64,000 nt of DNA, from the NCBI RefSeq assembly GCF_964213995.1, contig NW_027590119.1:1364001-1428000 (forward strand), written 5' to 3'. The stretch is from Mustelus asterias. Taxonomy: Eukaryota. The position numbers and the translations under genes were made by a program. Positions 12,510-25,978 of this stretch are shown here, one piece after another; position 1 is the stretch's first letter, and every line of letters starts with the position of its first letter. Under the pieces are notes generated by a model, which ran no database searches, was not told the origin of the DNA, and saw nothing but the letters and a program-made list of their open reading frames with translations.

Positions 12510-13017
12510 TATAGAATTTGTGTTTCGGAAGTCGGATCAAAAACTGAAGAGACACAGGTTTCTCCGAAAGCCGCCTTTATTGTATCGGAGGAGAGATCGC
12601 AAGACCATGCACATCCAGCATGGGTTTGTGAGTCTCTGTCTGGCTTACAAAACAGTTTCAGTTATACACGACAGAGATACATCCACATACTTCTGTTAGC
12701 CAATAAGGGCATAGCTGTAATGTTACATTTTGATTAGATTACTTTCAAGAACAAAAGACGATAGCCACGTAAGGACATGGCTATTAAAGTTTCTGATTAG
12801 ATTACTTTCAAGGACAAAAGGCCAATTGATAAGGCCCTGCCCTCTGAAGCCAGAACCACAATTACCTATCAGCAGTTTCTTTCACGTGATCATTAGTTTC
12901 GCTTGTCGCCCTCGCCTCAGGCCCTTTCCAAAACCAGTTTATCCCTCAACTGATTTCTAGTTACGCATCCCAATTTTAACCCTTTTCTCTTCTCAATCTA
13001 CCTTATACACATTCTCA
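12510..13017 (-). mobile_element. Solo ERV-type LTR
   Basis: 4-bp TSD AAAG (12506-09 and 13018-21); on the minus strand begins TGAGAATGTGT and ends ACAAATTCTATA; AATAAA and TATA-like GTATAAC on minus; internal ~60-bp direct repeat typical of U3. Confidence 0.7.
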
Positions 13018-13149
13018 AAAGAGCAAGGGGGGGAAAGGAGCAGGGGGGGGGGGGGGCGGGCGGGAGAGCAAGATTGAGAGAGAGAAAGATTGAGAGAGAA
13101 AGATTGACAGAGAGAGAGAGAGAAAGATTGAGAGAGAAAGAATCCAACC

Positions 13150-13905
13150 CCTGTAATCACTTGTTGGTGTCTCTGCAGGTTGGATGACCGATTGAATCCC
13201 TTCCCACACACAGAGCAGGTGAACGGTCTCTCCCCGGTGTGAACTCGTTGGTGTCTCCACCGTGTGGATGACCTCCTAAACCTCTTTGTGCAGTGAGAGC
13301 AGCTAAACGGTCTCACGTCAGTGTGAATGGGTTGGTGGTTCATCAGTTCCTGAGGGCTTTTGAAGCCACTCCCACAGTCAGAGCATTTAAAGGGTCTGTC
13401 TTGGGTGTGAGTGACCTTGTGGCTCAACAGGTTGGGCAACTGAGTGAATCCCTTCCCACACACAGAGCAGATGTACGGTCTCTCTCTGGCATGAACCCGT
13501 TGGTGTGTCAACAGATTGTTAACCGAGTGAACTCTTTCCCACAGTCAGAGCAGGTGAATGGCCTCTCCCCGGTGTGAACTCGCTGGTGTACCCGCAGGCT
13601 GGATGACCTTCTAAACCTGTTTGTGCTGTGAGAGCAGCTGAACGGTCTCTCCTCACTGTGAATGCGCTGGTGGGACACCAGTTCCCCAGAGCTTTTGAAG
13701 CTACTCCCACAGTCAGAGCATTTAAAGGGTCTCTCCTGGATGTGAGTGAGATTGTGTTTCAGCAGGTTGGATAACTGACTGAATCCCTTCCCACAGACAC
13801 AGCAGGTGAATGTCTCTCTCCAGTGTGACTGCGCCGATGAGTTTCCAGTGCAGATGGGAACCTGAATCCTTTCCCACAGTCCCCACATTTACACAATTTC
13901 TCCAT
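13150..13905 (-). pseudogene. C2H2 ZNF pseudogene, 9 fingers
   Basis: [10 protein letters not shown] start at 13905; frameshifts at ~13812 and ~13510; one Cys lost (SCSHS). Confidence 0.88.
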
Positions 13906-14675
13906 GGTGCGGGTGTCCTTGTGACTCTCCAGGCTTGACAATCAGTTCAGTTACAACATAACATGGGTGCGGTCTCTCTGCTGCAATGTATTTTCAGGCT
14001 GTTTAACTGGTTAAAGTTCTTCCCACAGTCACTCAGGTGTGTGCATGTTTCAGTGTGTGTGTGTCTCGGTGCTTTTCCAGTCACACTGATGTTTAAAATC
14101 TCCTGAAGCAGACAGAGCAGAGAAACATTTCCATTCTAGGTTCAAATGTCAATGATATTCAGGTCCCAATGAACTGAGTGACTCTGTTAGATTTTGATGT
14201 GAAGTTTGGTTTGATATTCATCTTTAAATTTTCGCCTTCTGATATCCTGCAAAAGGAATTTACAAAATTCACCACTGTCAGCACAGGATAGAAATTCAGA
14301 ACAGACAATTCCAGTTTCTATGGAACATTCTTTCCTCTCTTATTCCCCAAGAGCTGTAAATCTCCATCCCACACACTCTCCCTCCATTCTCACTCTGCTG
14401 TATCAAATATTCACCCTCCCAATTCTCCTGAAGGTGCTGATTGAGGCTGATTGACAGATCCATGCTCAATGCTTCCTGTTCTGGACACAGAGAGCTGGAA
14501 ATCTCCATGCAGGCTGCCAGACAGATATATGTCTATCTGTCTGGACTAACAATGTGTGGAATATACAGACCGAATTCACTTCCTTTCCCTTCAGTTGCTG
14601 CAAGTCCCCAATTTCCCCCAGAATGAGAAAAGAAATGGAAAGGGGGAAACATTGATTTCCTCCCAGATGTTGCCC

Positions 14676-16268
14676 TCTTTTTAGGTCAAACCCTAATAAA
14701 CCAAATAAACAAACTCAGATTAAATCAGGACAAAGTAAAAGGGGCAGCTCCCCAAAAAGGAGGGGGAACAGCCCGAACAGAAATCAAAGTACAAAGGAAA
14801 CTTAAAAACATCAAATTAAAATGTGATTATTAGGGTCAATAATGCACCCCAACCCCTGCGGTGCCCAGCGGGCGCGGAAAGCGTCAACCTCGCCCGTGGA
14901 CACCGCATGCTCCCTCTCCAGGGACACCTGGCCGCGAACGTAGCCGCGGTAGAGGGGAAGACAGTCAGGATGGACGGCCCCCTCGATCACCGGCTGCCTG
15001 GACCGGTAAATGGCGCGTTTCACCAGGAGCAGGTTCATGAGGAGGTCGCCATCCCAACCCTCCCCTCTCCGCACCGGGTGTCCGTAGATCAGGAGCGTGG
15101 GACTGAAGTGCAAACAAAATATCAATAAAAGGTTCTTTAGGAAAACATAAAGGGAGTGCAGCCTAAGACACACAACATAGACATGGTCCACGGACTCCAC
15201 AAGGCCACAGAAAGGGCAGTCTTTGGAGCCCGTGAACCAGTGAATCCTACGGTTGTGCAGCACTGCTGCATGCATCACCCTCCACCCCAGGTCCCAGACG
15301 TAAGTGGGGGAGATCCCTCCGTAGAGGGACCTCCAGCGGGGACCTCCGCCGCCCGGCGGCAACAAGGCCCACCATGGTGTACCCGGGCGACAGGCGAGGA
15401 GGCGGTAGTGGAAGGTGTGCAGCAGCAGCCCGCACAGGAAACGCCTCCGCGCGGTAGAAAAAGGCACGGAGGACATTTCCGCGAGGCGGCTCAGGCTGTG
15501 GGGCATCTCACCCAGGGAGGGGGGTTGAGGCTTTGGGCCAATGTGGAATTCTGTCCGAGCAGGGGAATGCTCGGGCGGGGTCCCACCGCACGCCTGCGCT
15601 GCCTTGGGTTTGCGTGCAGTTTCGGGGCTGAGCACGACCGTCCTAAGGTCTAGGATGGCTTTGGCCATGCGCCGGACGGTCGTCCCCGCGCGCTCAGCCA
15701 GCACGCGGGGACTCATCCAGCCCGCTCCTCCGCCATCGAGCACGTCCCCGATTCTGGTCACCCCGGCGTCCACAGCCCTCCTCTCCGCCAGCCACCTGAA
15801 GTCACGAGAGCCGCTACTCCTGACGGGGGAGAGCTGCGTCGCGAGGCGACCTTGTTCCAGACAGTGAGGAGGTCCTGGTAAAAGATGGGCAACTCCTGCA
15901 GGGCGGTCGAAGCACGCCCCAGTTCGATATGCAGGAGCTGCACATCATAATTGAGGCCGTGCCACTGGCGGAAGAAATACGTCGCCATGGCACACCACTG
16001 TGGAGGGGGCTCAACGTAAAGGTACCTCTGCAGGGCCTGGAGGCGGAAGGTCGCTATCTGAGTGCGGAGGCACACCAGACCTTGTCCACCCTCCTCAAGC
16101 GGGAGATGCAAAACCGCAGCAGGGACCCAGTGCAGTCAATTGTCCCAGAAGAACCGCAGGAGGGTTCTCTGGATATTGGCGACAATGCCAGGGGGAGGGG
16201 TCAAAGGGACCAGCCGGTACCACAGCATGGAGGCGACCAGCTGGTTTATGACGAGAACTCGCACCCGT
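14676..16268 (-). mobile_element. Tx1-clade (L1-like) retrotransposon, 3' part of ORF2 and 3' UTR
   Basis: LPLEEGGQGLVCLRTQIATFRLQALQRYL, DLGWRVMHAAV, zinc knuckle CPFCGLVESVDHVYVVC; GC-rich; internal deletion near 15790. Confidence 0.85.
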
Positions 16269-16489
16269 GAATGGTCACAAACACTCACCTCTGAAACAAT
16301 TTAACTGATTTTAATATTAAAATCTCCTGCTGGAGCCTGCAGCTGGAAAGATATCAGAAGCATTGGCATCAGAAAAAAATCTCCCAGTTGAGGAAATCCC
16401 CGGGGAGCGGGGATGATGTCACTGTGCAATTGTAAGTACGCGATGAGATCACAGACAGGAACACAGAATACCTGGGATTGTGCAAACCA

Positions 16490-16650
16490 GTGATCACCAC
16501 ACATTATGGAGGATGTGAGGCTCCTTGACAGGGTGCAGAGGAGATTTATCAAAATGGTTTCAGGGATGAGGAATTATAGTTACAATGTTAGGCTGGATAA
16601 CTTGGGGTTGTTCTCCTTGGAGCAAAGTAGATTGATAGAGGTGTACAAGG
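16490..16650 (+). mobile_element. Old CR1 ORF2 fragment
   Basis: DVRLLDRVQRRFIKMVSGMRNYSY...LGLFSLE. Confidence 0.75.
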
Positions 16651-16944
16651 GTACATGGAGGTGTCAAAGTTTACATGCTCTGTTTACACGTGTACAAGCT
16701 CTGACTATGGGTCATCCAGTCTCGAAACGTTGGTTCTATTCTCTCTCCACAGATGCTGTCAGATCTGCTGAGATTTTCCAGCATTTATTGTTTTTATTTT
16801 CCTTTCTTTTTCCTTCTCTACCACCGCTCTGCCTCATCAATAAGACATTGGGACTCAGGGTTGATGCAGTTTGATGGACAAGTTGTCTCCATTCTGAACA
16901 CTGGGGAACAAGCTCCTCCCACTGATTGACAACATTGCTCTCTA

Positions 16945-17330
16945 CAAACATGGCGGCCGCACGTGCGCACTGCTGCATATTGCCCCCAATAAAGATGGCG
17001 AACGTTAACCCGGGACGAACACGAGGAGCTGCAGCCCTGCTCGGTACAAACTGGGTCCGGGAAGTTCTCTTCCGCGGTTTGCGGCTTACACAACATGCTT
17101 CCGCAGCGTTTCCACCCACCTGGACGATCCATTGCTCTCTCCGTACCGCCAATCACCGCTAACAGATTTCCGAGCCCAAAACAAAAGCCGTTTCCCATCG
17201 CCATTACTCACACTGCGCATGCTCCAGTCAAAGCTGGCCCCGCCCCTCGTTCGTTCCCATTGGCACTGTCCCCTCTTCCCATTGGTCCGTGCTGCCGTCA
17301 ATCAGCCGGGCATTGTGACGGTGATTTGCT
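16945..17330 (-). promoter_or_regulatory. ZNF promoter cassette P3 (candidate promoter of ZNF 13150-13905); dyad deleted
   Basis: Paralog of 60-470 with the same motifs, minus ~35 bp that included the dyad. A consensus donor AG|GTGAGT lies on minus at 16289/16288. Confidence 0.65.
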
Positions 17331-17401
17331 GCTTGTCCAATAATGACAGTAAGAAGATTAACAACACCAGGTTAAAGTCCAACAGGTTTATTTGGTCGCA
17401 A

Positions 17402-19177
17402 ATGAATGACCAGGGTGAGGTTAGGGCCGGTCAAGGACAGTGGTGGGAACTTGTGTATGGAATCAGTAGAGATAGGCGAGGTGATGAATGAATACTTTTC
17501 TTCAGTGTTCACCAAGGAGAGGGGCCATGTTTTTCAGGAAGAGAAGGTGTTACAGGCTAATAGGCTGGAGGAAATAGATGTTCGGAGGGAGGATGTATTG
17601 GCAGTTTTGAATAAACTGAAGGTCGATAAGTCCCCTGGGCCTGATGAAATGTATCCTAGGATTCTTTGGGAGGCGAGGGATGAGATTGCAGAGCCTTTGG
17701 CTTTGATCTTTGGGTCCTCGCTGTCCACGGGGATGGTGCCAGAGGACTGGAGAGTGGCAAATGTTGTTCCTCTGTTTAAGAAAGGGAATAGAAATGACCC
17801 TGGTAATTATAGACCGGTTAGTCTGACTTCGGTGGTTGGTAAATTGATGGAAAAGGTCCTTAGGGATGGGATTTACGACCATTTAGAAAGATGCGGATTA
17901 ATCCGGGATAGTCAGCACGGATTTGTGAAGGGCAAATCGTGCCTCACAAATTTGATAGAATTTTTTGAGGAGGTAACTAGGTGTGTTGATGAAGGTAGGG
18001 CGGTTGATGTCATATACATGGATTTTAGTAAGGCGTTTGATAAGGTCCCCCATGGTCGGCTTATGATGAAAGTAAGGAGGTGTGGGATAGAGGGAAAGTT
18101 GGCCGATTGGATAGGTAACTGGCTGTCTGATCGAAGACAGAGGGTGGTGGTGGATGGAAAATTTTCGGACTGGAGGCAGGTTGCTAGCGGAGTGCCGCAG
18201 GGATCGGTGCTTGGTCCTCTGCTCTTTGTGATTTTTATTAATGACTTAGAGGAGGGGGCTGAAGGGTGGATCAGTAAATTTGCTGATGACACCAAGATTG
18301 GTGGAGTAGTGGATGAGGTGGAGGGGTGTTGTAGGCTGCAAAGAGACATAGATAGGATGCAAAGCTGGGCTGAAAAATGGCAAATGGAGTTTAACCCTGA
18401 TAAATGTGAGGTGATTCATTTTGGTGGGACTAATTTAAATGTGGATTACAGGGTCAAAGGTAGGGTTCTGAAGACTGTGGAGGAACAGAGAGATCTTGGG
18501 GTCCATATCCACAGATCTCTAAAGGTTGCCAGTCAAGTGGATAGAGCTGTGAAGAAGGCATATAGTGTGTTAGCTTTTATTAACAGGGGGTTGGAGTTTA
18601 AGAGCCGTGGGGTTATGCTGCAACTGTACAGGACCTTGGTGAGACCGCATTTGGAATATTGCGTGCAGTTCTGGTCACCTCACTATAAGAAGGATGTGGA
18701 AGCGCTGGAAAGAGTGCAGAGGAGATTTACCAGGATGCTGCCTGGTTTGGAGTGTCGGTCTTATGAGGAAAGGTTGAGGGAGCTGGGGCTGTTCTCTCTG
18801 GAGCGGAGGAGATTGAGGGGAGACTTAATAGAGGTTTATAAAATGATGAAGGGGATAGATCGAGTGAACGTTCAAAGACTATTTCCTCGGGTGGATGGAG
18901 CTATTACGAGGGGGCATAACTATAGGGTTCATGGTGGGAGATATAGGAAGGATATCAGAGGTAGGTTCTTCACGCAGAGAGTGGTTGGGGTGTGGAATGG
19001 ACTGCCTGCAGTGATAGTGGAGTCAGACACTTTAGGAACATTTAAGCGGTTATTGGATAGGCACATGGAGCACACCAGGATGGTAGGGAGTGGGATAGCT
19101 TGATCTTGGTTTCAGATGAAGGTCGGCACAACATCGTGGGCCGAAGGGCCTGTTCTGTGCTGTACTGTTCTATGTTC
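17402..19177 (+). mobile_element. Young 5'-truncated CR1 LINE with an uninterrupted RT ORF
   Basis: 565-aa open frame 17406-19103 ([42 protein letters not shown]); tail tgttctatgttc; absent from copy A. Confidence 0.95.
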
Positions 19178-20262
19178 AAACGTCACACAAGCTTTCGGAG
19201 CCTCAAGCTCCTTCTTCAGGTGAGTGGGAATTCTGTTCACAAACAGGGCATATAAAGACATAGACTCAATTTACAGAATAATGGTTGGAATGTGAATCCT
19301 TGCAGCTAATCAAGTCTTAAAGGTACAAACAATGTGAGTGGAGAGCTTCCACTCTAAACACGTTAAAGAAGCCATCCCCTACGGACACGCCCTCCGTATA
19401 CACAGGATCTGCTTGGGTGAGGAGGATCGCAACAGACACCTCCAGATGCTGAAAGATGCCCTCATAAGAACAGGATATAGCGCTCAACTCATCGATCGAC
19501 AGTTCCGACGCGCCACAGCGAAAAACCGCACCGACCTCCTCAGAAGACAAACACGGGACAAGGTGGACAGAGTACCCTTCGTCGTCCAGTACTTCATCGG
19601 AGCGGAGAAGCTACGGCATCTCCTCTGGAGCCTTCAACATGTCATTGATGAAGATGAACATCTCGCCAAGGCCATCCCCACACCCCCACTTCTTGCCTTC
19701 AAACAACCGCACAACCTCAAACAGACCATTGTCCGCAGCAAACTACCCAGCCTTCAGGAGAACAGTGACCACGACACCACACAACCCTGCCACAGCAACC
19801 TCTGCAACACGTGCCGGATCATCGACACGGATGCCATCATCTCACGTGAGAACACCATCCACCAGGTACACGGTACATACTCTTGCAACTCGGCCAAAGT
19901 TGTCTACCTGATACGCTGCAGGAAAGGATGTCCCGAGGCATGGTACATTGGGGAAACCATGCAGACGCTGTGACAACGGATGAATGAATACCACTCGACA
20001 ATCACCAGGCAAGACTGTTCTCTTCCTGTTGGGGAGCACTTGAGCGGTCACGGGCATTCGGCCTCTGATATTCGGGTAAGCGTTCTCCAAGGCGGCCTTC
20101 ACGCCACACGACGGCGCAGAGTCGCTGAGCAGAAACTGATAGCCAAGTTCTGCACACATGAGGACGGCCTCAACCGGGATATTGGGTTCATGTCACACTA
20201 TCTGTAATCCCCACAACTTGCCTGGACTTGCAGAGTCTCACTGGCTGTCCTGTCTGGACAGT

Positions 20263-20616
20263 GGGGCGGCGCGGTAGCACAGTGGTTAGCACTGCTGCTT
20301 TACAGCTCCAGGGACCTGGGTTCGATTCCCGGCTTGGGTCACTGTCTGTGTGGAGTTTGCACGTTCTCCTCGTGTCTGCGTGAGTTTCCTCCGGGTGCTC
20401 CGGTTTCCTCCCACAGTCCAAAGATGTGCGGGTTAGGTTGATTGGCCATGCTAAAATTCCCCTTCGTGTCCTGAGATGCGTAGGTTAGAGGGATTAGTGG
20501 GTAAATATGTAGGGATATGGGGGTAGGGCCTGGGTGGGATTGTGGTCGGTGCCGACTCGATGGGCCGAATGGCCTTTTTCTGTGCTGTAGGGTTTCTATG
20601 ATTCTATGAGTCTATG
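20263..20616 (+). mobile_element. HE1-like tRNA-derived V-SINE with a CR1-type tail
   Basis: A box GGTAGCACAGTGG, B box GGTTCGATTCC, V-domain GGGTTTCCTCCGGGTGCTCCGGTTTCCTCCCACAGTCCAAAGA, (ttctatga)n tail; absent from copy A. Confidence 0.9.
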
Positions 20617-22598
20617 AATATACATCTCTTTAGCCTGTCTTGATGCTGTCTCCACTCACATTGTTTGTACCTTTAAGACTTGATTAGCTGTAAGTATTTG
20701 CATTCCAACCATTATTCTGTTAATTGAGTTTGTGTCTTTATATGCCCTGTTTGTGAACAGAATTCCCACTCACCTGAAGAAGGAGCTTAAGACTCTGAAA
20801 GCTTGTGGCTTTTGCTACCAAATAAACCTGTTGGACTTTAACCTGGTGTTGTTAAACTTCTTACTGTGTTTACCCCAGTCCAACGCCGGCATCTCCACAT
20901 TAGTAATAACAATGACAGAGTCTCAGTGTAACAATGACACACACAGGCTCCAATACAATCAGAGTGGAGATGGGGCACAGAGACAACACAGCAAAGCACT
21001 GACTTACTCTGAGTGTAACAATGACACACACAGGCTCCAATACAATCAGAGTGGGGATGGAGCATAGAGACAACACAGCAAAGCACTGACTTGCTCTGAG
21101 TGTAACAAATACAATGTTTGTTAAAATATTTAGAGTCACGTTGCAGTATGTTAGTGAACACAGCATTAGATCCAATGTAATGGTAACACAATCAGTATCT
21201 CGTGCACCATAACCAAAGTTTAGGTTTCATTTGATAGTGTGAGTGAGTCGTGGTCTATTAGTATGATGTATTTAAATTCCGATGTGTGTTACTCTGCCAC
21301 TGTCAGTATCAGACAATAACCTGTCTGTTATTCCAATTCTGCTGTATTTTACAACTGCAGTTTCAGTGTCTCTGAGGTCATTTTAACTGCAGATAATCTG
21401 ACATTAAGGGAGACAAGAGGCCCAACAAACATTTGATTATAATAGGAGGACAAAGTGCAAGGGAACAATGATATTTTAAGGTGTCTGTGTTATGGTGAGT
21501 GTCACTGGGAGGTGAGTGATAAAATACAAGTGGAAACATCATGACAGAGACATGCGACTGACTCGGCCTGACTGAGAGCTGTTATACTCGAGGCGAGAAT
21601 AATGAGGACATGGGGAACTCCTGAGATTTCTGATATCTGAGGTGTATCTGTTAGAGGAACTGAAAATAATCAGTTCCTCCTCATGGTCATCTCCAGTTCT
21701 CAAGTTACACAGACACACAGGAAAGAGATCTGACAGCTCATCAAACCCAATATTTTAATCTTCTGTTTGAGACACATTATAATCGAAAAGATCAAATATT
21801 AAAACCTGAGGAGAGATACATTCAGAATGTCACAAGGATGAGTGAACTGTCTAATTAATCCCATTCACCATAACTTTGCCAATTTATCCTCTGCAAGTAT
21901 TTATCCAATTCCCTTTGAAAGCTACTATCAAACTTGCTTCTAGCACCTGTCAGTTTGTGCATTCCAGATCATATCAAGTTATTGTGTAACAAATTCTCCT
22001 TATCACCCCCTCCAGTTCTGTTGTCAATTATATTAAATCTCTGTATCCTCTGCTTACAGACCCTCCTGCACCGAGGAAATCGATTCTCTCCATCGACAGA
22101 CCCTCCTGCTCCTGGGAGATAATTTCTCTCCATTGACACTATCATAAATTATTTGTCATTTTAAACTCCTCTATTAAATCTCCCCATTACATTCCCTAAT
22201 CTAAGGTGGATAACCCATGTTTCTCCTGCCCTGAAGAATTATATGGACTCAAAATGTTAACTCTGAACAGATGCCGCCGGACCTGCCGGGTTTTTCTGCT
22301 TTTCTCCCTGTCATTCCTTCTATAATCAATCAGAAACTCTTCATGATTTTGAACATCTTGATCAAATAGGAACACACAGAGCGTGAGAGAGGTACAGAGG
22401 GAGAGACAGAAAGACTAAGAGAAAAATTGAGAAAGATTTTAAAAAGCAGAAAGATGAGGTGGTCAAAGATAAAAGCTGAGAAACAGAGGAAACAAGCAAT
22501 ACAGAGAGAATGATCTAGAATATAAGGGAGCAGGCTATCAGTTCCCAGCTATGGGGAGCAGAGTCGGCATCTCCACGGTAGAGCAGAGGGGACTCAGT

Positions 22599-22940
22599 GG
22601 GTGGCACGATAGCACAGTGGTTAGCACTGCTGCTTCACAGCTCCAGGAACCTGGGCTCGATTCCCGGCTCGGGTCACTGTCTGTGTGGAGTTTGCACATT
22701 CTCCTCGTGTCTGCGTGGGTTTCCTCTGGGTGCTCTGGTTTCCTCCCACAGTCCAAAGATGTGTGGGTTAGGCTGATTGGCCATGCTAAATTTGCCCCTT
22801 AGTTTTCTGAGAAGTGTAGGTTAGAGGGATTAGCGGGTAAAAATATGGAGGGATATGGGGGTAGGGCCTGGGTGGGATTGTGGTCGGTGCAGACTCGATG
22901 GGCCGAATGGCCTCTTTCTGCACTGTAGGGTTTCTATGAT
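22599..22940 (+). mobile_element. HE1-like V-SINE
   Basis: Same family as 20263; 5-bp TSD TCAGT; absent from copy A. Confidence 0.9.
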
Positions 22941-24828
22941 TCAGTAACTGATCCAAAGACACAGCTGGCTATATCTGCGAATGGAAACTCTGAACAGAAA
23001 TAACTGACTCATTTGTAAATGTCACCACAATGTGACCTGTGTGACTCTGCCCTGACTCTGTGGACAGATATCGGCCGCATTGACAGATGTTCTCAACAGA
23101 TTGTTGTGCCTGGATTTATTTTCTGCTCAGAAGCGAGATGTGAGGTTTGGAACCGGCAGCAGAGAAACAGGAAGTTGTGTTACCTGAGAATGAAACAGCC
23201 GGCATCAGTTTGATGTTATAACTGTGAACAGTCTTCCTGCCTGTGAGGGTGAACTCACTCTGACAGCATCAAGAACAACCACACAGATTGCTACTGGTCT
23301 CAGCATTACATTCACCTCCATTCCCATTTTAAACAATAAAGAAAGGAGATTATTTGGATTTTTAACACATTCACTGAATTGGGAGATGGACTGAGGGTCA
23401 TCACTGGGAGAAATGAGGAGGGATTAGAGAACAAATGAGTTTTCCCAAAGAGGTTTATTAGAAAAGAGGAGATTTAAAGTGAGTCAGGGCCTGTCAGAGG
23501 AAGTGGGAGAGAGAAACAGAGAGGATTGAATCTCCATCAATTAGATGTTTTCTCAGACAGCAAAGAGAGATGAAGTGTGTTTGTGCTTTTTCAGAGAGAG
23601 ATAACGAGAGAGAGAAAACAATGAATAAGTTTAAGCATTATCTGAAATAGGAAGGTTAAATGAGTGAGTGTTTGAAAGAACGATAGAGAGACATTAAGTG
23701 ACGAAGACAGTTTCTGAGAGGAGAGAGGTTAAGTGAAAATGAGAGAGGAGTGAGGTTAGAGTGTAAGAGAGGTGGAAGGTGAGGTAAGTGTGAGTGAATG
23801 CCTGGAGAGAGAGAGAGACGTTCAGTGAGTGTTAGAGAGATGAGAGATGTTGAGCGATTGAGTTTCTGAGAGAGAGGAGATGTTGAGTGAGTGAATGTCT
23901 GAAAGAGAGGAGAGGAGGTTCACACACCCAGGGATCACTGAGAATAATCAAAATAAGGAGATCACCCAGAAAACTACCAACAGGAAACTTCAGCTGAACA
24001 CATCACTCATTCTGAAATGGTCAGTCAGGGCTCTGATGCTGCTCAGCTTCTCTCTGTTCTGTTTATAATGGTTAAAGGCTGATAGGAGTGAGGTTTATTT
24101 AGAAGGATAGTGTATGGGAAGCACACAACAAAACTGAGAATTCTTGGACACACACTGCAGCTCCTTCTCTATCTGGGAATCAAATTGTTGTCTCATTGTC
24201 CCAGCAGTTAACAGGGTCCTTTGAACTTCTCCAGCTGCTACTTTAATGCAGACTTCAACCAATTTATTTGAAGCCAGTTTCTGTTCAATAAACCAGGACT
24301 GACACACACACACATTAAAATGTTTTAGACTTTTTTTCATTTTTAGTCTGGAAACCTAAACCTGCCGTTTCACTCTCAGTCAGGAATAGATCCCAGTTTT
24401 ACACCAATCTTTGACAGCATGTTTCCAGCATTCACCGTTGTTCTTCCTGACTCTAAACACAGTTGTAAAGGACCTTCTTTTCCGTGTCTAGGAGCTCGGA
24501 ACCATGGAAAAGAGCGACTGGGACACATTTTTTTCACACCTCAGGATTCACCCACACAGGGACTTTGCTGTCAGTGAAAAGTGACGAAAAAGACCAAAGT
24601 GCTGTTTGTCCCTCTCGGCGAGACCCTGAAGGACTGGGTCAAGAATGAAGTTCTGTTCCTACTGTATGATCCTCCCTCAGATTGCCCTTTCTGAGCTCCA
24701 GCCTGGTGACGTTAAACACTCAAATGGAAAAGACAAAAATCTACAACAATGATTCAATCAAATGTCTATTTCACATTTATTCAGAATATCAAATCTCAAC
24801 AGAAGAAAAAAGTCAGAGTGAACATGAT

Positions 24829-25978
24829 TCAGACCTGGATATGATTAACAGCATCGATAAGTGTAGAATCCAAACCTTGCAGTCCCTTGTGAACTCGCCG
24901 GTGTGTTAGCAGGTGGGATGACTGAATAAATCCCTTTCCACAGACATTACAGGTGAACGGCCTCTCCCCAGTGTGAACTCGCTGGTGTTTCAGAAGATAA
25001 GATAAATGAGAAAATCCCTTCCCACAAACAGAGCAGGTAAATGGCCTCTCCTCACTGTGAACTCTCTGGTGTGTCAGCAGGTTGGATGACTGACTGAATC
25101 CCTTCCCACACGTGGAGCAGGTGAACGGCCTCTCCCCAGTGTGAACTCGCTGGTGTGTCAGGAGATTGTATGAACGGGTGAATCCCTTCCCACACACGGA
25201 GCAAGTGAATGGCCTCTCCTCACTGTGAACCTGCTGGTGTGTCAGGAGATTGTATGAACGGGTGAATCCCTTCCCACATTCAGAGCAGGTGAATAGTCGA
25301 TCCCCTGTGTGGAGCTGCTGGTGTATCAGAAGGTTGGATGAATTAATGAATCCCTTCCCACAGTCTGAGCAGGTGAAGGGCCTCTCCCCAGTGTGAATTC
25401 TCTGGTGGTTCAGTAGGGCAGATGGGCGGCTGAATCCCTTCCCACACACACACAGCAGGTGAATGGCCTCTCCCCAGTGTGAGCATATTGGTGCGTCAGC
25501 AGATCTTTTTTACTTTTAAAGCTCTTCTCACAGTGGGAACAATTAAAAAGTTTGTTATCAGAGCGAACAAGTTGATGTGTCTGCAAGTGGGATGACTGAA
25601 TGAATTCTTTCCCACACACAGAGAGGTGAACGGTCTCTCCCCAGTGTGAATACGTTGGTGTGTCAGCAGATCCTTTTTGCATTTAAAACTCTTCTCACAG
25701 TCAGAACATGTAAACAGTTTCTCATCAGTGTGAACAAGTTGGTGTGTCACAATGTGGGATAAGCGAGTGAATCCCTTCCCACACACAGGGCAGGTGAACG
25801 GCCTCTCCCCAGTGTGAACCCATTGGTGAATCAGAAGATTGTATGAATGGGTGAATCCCTTCCCACAAACAGAGCAGGTGAACGGTCTCTCCCCAGTGTG
25901 ACTGCGCCGATGAACTTCCAATTGTGATGGGAAACCGAATCCCTTCCCACAATCCACACATTCCCACGGTTTCTCCAT
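24829..25978 (-). pseudogene. C2H2 ZNF, 13 fingers, frameshifted paralog of 39017-39997
   Basis: 1-nt deletion at ~25623 and 2-nt (TG) insertion at ~25445; net +1, so not compensating. Confidence 0.85.

Larger units (their letters stand above)
1..14490. repeat. Segmental duplication copy A (paralogous to 16884-33197; probably extends left of the window)
   Basis: Colinear high-identity match: promoter, Penelope, ZNF, LTR, minisatellite, CR1/Rex1 nest and convergent ZNF pair occur in the same order in both copies. Similarity stops after 'gatccatgctca.tgcttcctgt'. Confidence 0.95.
17347..20900 (+). mobile_element. Penelope-like element copy B, interrupted by a CR1 and a SINE
   Basis: ORF 19338-19973 plus 19980-20207 (GIY-YIG, one in-frame TGA); inverted pLTRs as in copy A. 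Confidence 0.9.

Noticed and set aside
14296-14508. KRAB, SCAN, BTB or other N-terminal effector exon
   Set aside because: No such motif in any frame; this ORF (MDLSISLNQHLQE) is not supported as coding in other paralogs.
25440-25630. Compensating frameshifts restoring the copy-B ZNF
   Set aside because: -1 and +2 give net +1; ATG-to-stop span is 1150 nt, not a multiple of three.
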